Shown one piece after another: positions 53,239-64,000 of a DNA stretch of 64,000 nucleotides. Made by a program: the position numbers and the translations under genes. The DNA comes from Eledone cirrhosa (taxonomy: Eukaryota): assembly GCA_964016885.1 (NCBI GenBank), contig OZ024740.1, positions 282,720,001 to 282,784,000 on the forward strand, in the 5' to 3' direction. The notes under the pieces are model-generated. The model had not been told where the DNA came from, did not search any database, and worked only from the letters and a program-made list of their open reading frames with translations. Each line of letters opens with the position of its first letter. Position 1 is the first letter of the stretch.

Positions 53239-53974
53239 TCCTAAGGCAAAATAAAGAACTGTTGTCCGACCTACAGGCACAGGCTGAAATAAGAAGCATT
53301 CAGTCTTACCATTATCATTACTCTCACTCATCATTTGGTAAATGTACTGGAGAATATCAACAATAACGATGATGCGATGATGATGAATACTCTATACTAA
53401 TGACAACAATGTTAAAAGTAATAATAACAATAAAGATCAAATAAAATCGATATCAGCTTCTGAAGGAAACTAATCAGTTTAGTTCAATTATGTCGATATT
53501 TTTATATTAACCCCTGACTTCTTACTCTTTCTGCGTTTCTGAGTATTAGTATGTGTGTGCGTACTAGTATGTGTACACGTATGCGTATGTATATGTGAAA
53601 GAAATTTTAGCTGTTTTTATAGTGTGTGAGGAATGTATTTGTGTGTGTGTATGTTCTATGAAAGAGAATTTGAGAGAGAGAATGTGTGTGTGTAAGTTTG
53701 TGAGAGAGAGATTGTCTGTGCATAAGAGACTGATAGATCGTAAGATTACCAGTAAATAGACAGAAAGAGAGGGAGATGGCGGGAAGAGGGAAAAGAGAGG
53801 ACGTAGAAGGAGAGAGAAAGAAGGAAATTCAATGTTACAGAAACAGATGTGAAATGAATGGAAAAGATACAAAATGTCAATAAGAGAATCAGTAAAGTCG
53901 AGACAAATTAAAAGAAAAATATATGGAGCTCTATTATATAACCATTTAATATTATACACAAGCACACACATATT

Positions 53975-54006
<32 letters not shown>

Positions 54007-54117
54007 TGTATGTATGTATGTATGTATGTATGTATGTATGTATGTATGTATGTATATATATAAATGTAAGTATGTATGTATACGTACATACATATATGTA
54101 TACAGACGTACAGTAGC

Positions 54118-54165
<48 letters not shown>

Positions 54166-54276
54166 GCTACTATACGTCTGTATACATATATGTATGTACG
54201 TATACATACATACTTACATTTAAGTAAGTGCCGTACTAAGAGTGAGAAATGAAATTTCGTTTCATTCTATTCCATT

Positions 54277-57644
<3,368 letters not shown>

Positions 57645-57771
57645 GTAATCTGAGTTTTTCGAATATTAATAACATTCAATTCGTTTGCAATTATGCAAAC
57701 AACCCTCAATTTTATAGCCATGTCAGTAGAATGAACACTTCATTCTTGATCTTATGTTGGCATGGGAACAG

Positions 57772-57819
57772 AACTGCAGACACTAATGTTTCTGGGTATC
57801 ACTCTTCATCAGTGCAGCT
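57772..57819 (-). ncRNA. type I hammerhead ribozyme
   Basis: AGCTGCA-CTGATGA-agagtgataccca-GAAA-CATTAGTG-TC-TGCAGTT. Confidence 0.8.
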
Positions 57820-58058
57820 CACTGTTCCCCTGCCAAACTGTCAGAGCTAGTGAAAATATATACTATTTTCAAAAATACACAGTGACTGATCGGCCTGATT
57901 TGCATATTAGCAGATTGGCTGATCAGTCAGATCTGCATATTAGCTGATCCACTGATCAGCCAGATTCGCATATCAGCAGATTGGCCAGTCAGTTTCCTGT
58001 ATACGAGCGATAAATGGCCGGCTTTGCCCAATTCTGACAGTTTGGCAGGTGAACAGTG

Positions 58059-58106
58059 AGCTGTACTGATGAAGGGTGATACCCAGAAACATTAGTGTCT
58101 GCAGTT
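58059..58106 (+). ncRNA. type I hammerhead ribozyme
   Basis: AGCTGTA-CTGATGA-aGGGTgatACCCa-GAAA-CATTAGTG-TC-TGCAGTT. Confidence 0.88.
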
Positions 58107-58504
58107 CTGTTAGCATGCCAACATAAGAGCAAGAATGAAGCGTTCATTCTACTGACATGGCTATAACATTGAGGCTTGTTTGCATAATTGCAAACGAATC
58201 GAATGTTATTATTAATATTCGAAAAACTCAGATTACATTTATTGTATTCAGCCATGTCGAGCGAAATTTTCTTTTTTATTTGAATTTGGCAAAGCCGGCC
58301 ATTTATCGCTCGTATACAGGAAACTGACTGGCCAGCCTGCTGATATCCAAATCTGGCTGATCAGTGGATCTGCTAATATGCAAATCTGACTAATCAGCCA
58401 GTCTGCTAATGTGCAAATCAGGCCGAATGTTGTTATTAATATTCGAAAAACTCAGATTACATTTATTGTATTCAGCCACGTAGAGCGAAAGTTTCTTTCA
58501 TATA

Positions 58505-59858
58505 TATATAATGAAGGAAGTGTGGTAAGGAACCAGATGGATCATAACGCACCAGACTACTCAATACTTAGGGTAGTAGACTGGTTAATAGGAAAATGTT
58601 TAACCCGACGGCAGAACTCAAGCCGTTTCGACGGCTATTTCTGGACTAAATTATAATTTTTTGCGTGGTAATTAATATATATATGGGAAGATTGTAGTTG
58701 TCAAAAGGATTGGTCAACATTTCTTTTAAACACAATTAAGACTTTCTTGGTGGTAGGTGGGAGGTGGGGTTGGCTAAACTTGCCTGTAGAACAATGAGGG
58801 AGTGAGTGGAGCCGGTCAAGCGTTGAAAGTGAATTCTATACAGCAAATTCTAAGGAGTGTATATGGAATTAGGCTAGGTAGAAAGCAGGTGAAAAAGAAT
58901 TCTGGGAGAAAATTTGAGAGTGGGACGTTATAAAATTAAAAGGTTACTAAATTGAGAATAAAAGATAAGTAATTAAAAAAACAAAATTAGATAGTAACAA
59001 ATAATACAAAAAATCTCTAGAGTCTAAAGCCGCTACTATATTTTTAGCTGGTATTGCGTTTACGGCCATTGAATTACATAGAATTTACTGGGGTGGGGTA
59101 CTGAGGCTACAAAAGCCCGATGGGCTGCCTCAGGGTGGACAAAAGAGGAAAAAGGAAAAGAAAGGGTAGAGGGAGTGGAAGAAAGTGAAGAGAAGTGATA
59201 AAGGGGAAAAGAAAAGAAGCACATCTACCTATGTATGTTGGGGTTTCTCCAATCTTGTTCGGCAAGTGGGGGAAAGAAGGATGTTGCAGCCATTTTCTAC
59301 CCACACAGGTCATGAGGAGGTTTGAGGGCGACGTAAATTCTATATAGCAATGGCCGAAAACGCAATACCAGCTAAAAATATAGTAGCTGCTTTAGACTCT
59401 AGAGATTTTTGTACTATTTGTTACTATTTAATTTTTATTTTTATTATTTTTTTTATTTATTATTTATTATCTTTTATTCTCAATTTAGTAACCTTTTAAT
59501 TTTATAACGTCTCACTCTTAAATTTCCCCCCAGAATTCTTTTTCACCTGCTTTCTACCTAGCCTAATTCCATATACACTCCTTAGAATTTGCTGTATAGA
59601 ATTCACTTTCAACGCTTGACCGGCTCCACCCACTCCCTCTTTGTTCTACAGGCAAGTTTAGCCACCCCACCTCCCACCTACCACCAAGAAAGACTTAATT
59701 GTGCTTACAAGAAATTTTGACAACTACAATCTTCCCATATAAGAAATTACCCCTTGAAAAGTTCGGCTATTTATTACAACGCTAAAAATTCTAATTTAGT
59801 CCAGAAGTAGCCGTCGAAAGGGCTTGAGCTCTGCCGTCGGTGTTAAACATTTTCCTAT
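58505..59858. mobile_element. large foldback element with arms of about 500 bp
   Basis: Arms 58588-59088 and 59333-59858, spacer about 245 bp, one-sided tail 58505-58587. Confidence 0.88.
59748..59843 (+). ncRNA. hammerhead variant with U3-A8 core
   Basis: ACCCC-TTGAAAA-gttCGGCTATTT..AAGTAGCCGtc-GAAA-gGGCttgagctctGCCG-TC-GGTGT; the other copies (5348-5375, 58607-58632) keep GAAACGGC..GCCGTC. Confidence 0.65.
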
Positions 59859-59956
59859 ATATAGAGAGAGAGAGATAGATAGATATATGTATACATATAT
59901 ATATAAATATATGTTTATATATAAGTCTCTTTCTATCTCTCTGTGTGAGTCTTACG

Positions 59957-60168
<212 letters not shown>

Positions 60169-60318
60169 CACGGGTGTGTATGATTGTGTATAGAAGATTA
60201 TATTAATAAAAGGAATTCCAACTTTATCTGATTTACTCGTTTAATTTACAATCCTTTAAAATTTATAATGGTATTAGAATGAAATAGTATGGTAGAATAT
60301 TATATGTTAAGTGTTAAT

Positions 60319-60357
60319 TGAACAAGTACTTTCATGCTTTCGCAATCTTCAGGTTCA
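60319..60357 (-). ncRNA. minimal hammerhead ribozyme
   Basis: TGAAC-CTGAAGA-tTGCgaaaGCAt-GAAA-GTAC-TT-GTTCA. Confidence 0.85.
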
Positions 60358-60436
60358 TATTGTGTGGTGACAGTCAAGTTTGCAATTTTCAACTGAGAAA
60401 GTTGAAAATTGCAAACTTGACTGTCACCACAAAATA

Positions 60437-60475
60437 TGAACCTGAAGATTGCGAAAGCATGAAAGTACTTGTTCA
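60437..60475 (+). ncRNA. minimal hammerhead ribozyme
   Basis: TGAAC-CTGAAGA-tTGCgaaaGCAt-GAAA-GTAC-TT-GTTCA, identical to the opposite arm. Confidence 0.85.
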
Positions 60476-60609
60476 ATTAACACTTAACATATAATATTCT
60501 ACCATACTATTTCATTCTCATACCATTATACATTTTAAAGGATTGTCTGATTTACTCGTTTTATTTACAATGTTGGAATTCCTTTTATTAATATATATAT
60601 ATATATATA

Positions 60610-62930
60610 ATGAGAAACCTAAAATCCCTAACAACCCTTTACAAAGAAGACTTTACCGACAAGGAATACAACTACATCATCTATTTCAAAGACACACAAA
60701 AGCGAAGTAATAGGTAGGGCTTGCAAGCAAGCCACAGATATCTACATCAATATACCCCCTCCTGATGACCTTAAATTAAGACCCATAATAGCAGGTACCA
60801 CATGTGAAACCCATCACCTAAGCAACTTCCTAGATATTCTGCTTAAACCTTTCCTAAAACACATAAAAAGCTTCATAATGGACGACCTTGACATACTCAA
60901 CCACATCCCAACAACACTTAATAATGAACATACCCAACTAGTAACCTTTGATGTCATCAATCTATATTCCTATATCCCACACAACCTAGGTATAGAGGCA
61001 ATACAATTCTGGCTTGAAAATTTCCCTAGTGAACTTCCACAGCGCATCCCTAAAGAATTTGTGTTGGAGGGACTCAAATTCATCTTGGAAAACAACTTCT
61101 TCGAATTCGATGACAAATACTACAGACAGAAATCTGGGACTGCCATGAGCACGAAAGTAGCCCCTTCATACGCCAACCTTGTCATGGGATATTTGGAAAC
61201 CAGTCTCTACCGCAAAGTTCTAGACAAATACGGTAACCACTTCTACCTACAAATAGAAAAAAACTGGAAGAGATATCTGGACGACTGCTTCATCCTCTGG
61301 CAGGACAGTATAGAAAGACTGATTGTGTTTAAAACCCTTCTAAATGAACTCAACACAAACTTACATCAAGAAAACAAACAACAAAATAGAAACAGACTCC
61401 AAACAATATCTTCCATTTAACACGTGCCACCCTCGCCATACCAAAATGGCAATTCCTTATAACCTAGCCAGAAGGATCTGCACAATAGTTTCAGATAAAT
61501 ACACATGCTACACACGACTAAAAGAATTAATGAACACACTTATCAGCAGAAACTACCCACCATCCCTAATCAACAATGGATTCCAACGTGCCCTAAAACT
61601 CAACATCCAGGAACTCAGACACCCCAAACCCAGGAATGAAACGCAACAGTAAACTCTACCATACATCTCCACACACAACCCCCTCGTCAATGAGACATTC
61701 CAGAACATTCCTTTACTAAAAAGAGACCCAAGAATGAACAAAATCCTCCAAACATACAACATCATGAAGAGCAAAAGACAACCTAAATCCATAAAAAACA
61801 TCCTCATACAAGCCAAAATCCAACCAACCCTCACAGTAAAAAAATGCGGAAGGCCCAACTGTCGTATATGCATAAATCTAATAGAAGGTTCAACATTCCA
61901 TTTTAAACAAGGACAACATTTCACAGTTAAACACAACTTTACATGTGCATCTGAAAACCTAATCTATATTTTGACCTGCTCAGGTTGTCAAGAGCACTAC
62001 ATAGGACAGACACAAAACAGCCTCCGACAACGTATGACCGTCCATAGATCACAAATCAAAATACAGGAATACAGAAAGATTGCTTTCAGTGAACATATCG
62101 CCAATTGTACACCTAACCAACATCCAAACTTTAAAATTTTCCCCATTTACAAATTCATAGACTACGCTTCTTTCCCCCATCGTACAAATGTGGAAAAGTA
62201 CTTCATTAATAAATTCCATCCTCTACTTAATGGATTAAACTTCTGACTAAACTAAAACTGGAACGAACATTGAACCAAAACCAAATTCTATGTACTCTAA
62301 AGAGTTACTTCTACCTAATCCTTTTTCTTATATAAATAAATTACCCCCTCTCATTTCTCTAGCCGCTACCTGACCACCTGAATTACCTCCCCCTGCATAA
62401 TAACTCTCTAAAAAGGGAAATCATATAAAACCCCAGACTACCATTTGCCTCCATCATGGATCAACTAAGCTCTCTTGCCATAATAACACATTTTGAACTG
62501 CTTATCCTCAAGAACTATGCCTGTAAATAATATTATTCTTTCTTTCCCATTACCTTATCATGTTCCACATTACCCCCTTTGTTTTTCTTTTTTCTTTTTA
62601 CTTCAAAAACCTTGTTTGTAAATAATATTATTCTTTCTTCCCCGTTTCGTTAACATGTTCAACATCACATCATTTTCTCTCCAGCATTTTACACCAATAC
62701 AAATTCCCCACTTTGATAATGCATAAAATGCTGAAACCGGTAATAGAAAATTATTAAATATATAAATAAATAAATGCCATTGCTAATTAATAATAAATTA
62801 ACTAATACCTTAGCACCTCACACAAAGTATATTTTGTTTTAAACATTTTGTAACCCAGAAAAAAGAGAAAAAAATAAAAGGAAAAAAAATATACTTTTCT
62901 TCCTAATAATCGTCTTTTTCTCCCCATTTT
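60610..62930 (+). mobile_element. Penelope-like element (Neptune-like), 5'-truncated
   Basis: LVTFDVINLYSYIPH, QKSGTAMSTKVAPSYANL, RYLDDCF RT motifs; CGRPNCRIC linker; NLIYILTCSGCQEHYIGQT..RMTVH GIY-YIG. Confidence 0.95.
62708..62746 (+). ncRNA. minimal hammerhead variant (U3-A8) in the Penelope 3' region
   Basis: TTGATAA-tGCAtaaaaTGCt-GAAA-CCGG-TA; palindromic stem III, eroded stem I. Confidence 0.6.
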
Positions 62931-63029
62931 CATATATATATATATATATATGGCAATGTAAAAAAACAACAGCACAGATGTAAAAGGTACGAAAGGTATA
63001 GGTTTACGCTTATATATATATATATATAA

Positions 63030-63517
63030 TTATTTAGGTTTGTTGGTTCACTACTGGATAGAACTGTTCATTCCGTATGGTTAACCTCGATGTAATATTA
63101 TGGAGAGCACTCAACGTAATTCAACTCACCCGTCTTCGTTTGTGTAGTTGGTGGTGGGATAACGCAGTTAATTATTATAAAATAACAGGAGGCTGGACTG
63201 GTGTAATTCCTTAAAAGGTTTATTATACTATGATCATTTCAATGACCGGGTTCAGTAGGAATCCGGTGACCAGGTATTCGAAATATAACAAAGGAATATA
63301 ATAGACAAAATCCATGGGGCTGAAAATCAGAGATATGAGGGCGACCGAACATTTAGCAGCTTCTACCCCGGTCAGCCACCCCAAATATTCCTTTGTTATA
63401 TTTTGAATACCTGATGATGTCACCGGATTCATACTGAACCCGGTCATTGAAATTATCATAGTATAATAAACCTTTTAAGGAATTACACCAGTCCAACCTC
63501 CTGTTATTTTATAATAT
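63030..63517. mobile_element. foldback hammerhead element
   Basis: Arms 63174-63299 and 63385-63515, tail 63030-63173, (TA)n flanks. Confidence 0.85.
63407..63464 (+). ncRNA. type I hammerhead ribozyme
   Basis: ATAC-CTGATGA-tgtcACCGGaTTCAtacTGAAcCCGGTcatt-GAAA-TTATCA-TA-GTAT; the opposite arm has palindromic TGATCA but a deleted core. Confidence 0.8.
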
Positions 63518-63526
63518 ATATATATA

Positions 63527-63880
63527 TCATCATCATTATCATCATCATCATCATTTTACGTCCGCTTTTCCCTGCTTGCAAGGGTGGGACGGGAACTGAT
63601 TCTGGCTTGATTTCTACAGCTGGATGCACTTCCTAACACCAACCTCATTTACAGTGAGTGGTGGGTGCTTTTTTGCCGTGGCACCTCCACGACCACTTTG
63701 CAGTGGAATGATAGGGACCCCAGTCCCTATCATCTCATTTCTACAGCTGAGTAAACAGAAGCAATGTGAAATAAAGTGTCTTGCTCAAGGAAACAACACA
63801 TCACCCGGTCTGAGAATTGAACTGACAACCTTTCTATTGCAAGGCCAATGCTCTAACCACTAAGCCATGTGCCTCCATCT
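63527..63880 (-). mobile_element. tRNA-derived CORE-like SINE with RTE-type (GAT)n tail
   Basis: Minus strand: TGGCTTAGTGGTTAGAGCA (A box), GTTCAATTC (B box), CCTTGAGCAAGACACTTTATTTCAC core, ends CGTAAAATGATGATG. Confidence 0.85.
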
Positions 63881-64000
63881 ATATATATACATATATACAT
63901 ATATGTATATATATAGAGAGAGAGAGAATATTTTCGAAACAGCGAGCGGGTTTGAAATTATTAGAAATGTAAGCTATCACCGTATTTTACTAAAGAAATT

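Larger units (their letters stand above)
60197..60597. mobile_element. near-perfect hairpin element with a hammerhead in each arm
   Basis: Arms 60248-60394 and 60400-60546 with a 5-nt loop; outer arms 60199-60222 and 60572-60595. Confidence 0.9.

Overview
Eukaryotic, AT-rich, microsatellite-saturated non-genic DNA. The repeat content (tRNA-derived Nin/Deu-like and CORE-like SINEs, Tx1, R4/Dong, RTE, CR1, Penelope) suggests a coleoid cephalopod such as octopus, which is inference only. No host exon could be supported, and most ORFs in the track are microsatellite artefacts. The window holds decayed retroelements: three different Penelope-like elements (5.8-8.3 kb, 54.3-57.5 kb Naiad-like, 60.6-62.9 kb Neptune-like), one near full-length R4/Dong LINE (14.9-18.9 kb), two head-to-head Tx1-clade LINEs plus fragments (24.8-36.2 kb), RTE/CR1/CRE fragments, about 20 SINEs including a tandem pile-up, a hAT MITE and a mariner remnant. 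The main hidden signal is about 20 type-I hammerhead ribozyme motifs from roughly a dozen or more apparently unrelated families, plus degenerate copies. Most sit in short ORF-less foldback (inverted-repeat) elements inserted in (TA)n tracts, and some are U3-A8 or C4 core variants. Also notable are a perfect 50-bp inverted repeat bracketing 8.4 kb, apparent microsatellite target partitioning among LINE clades, and splice-like signatures in the Tx1 elements.
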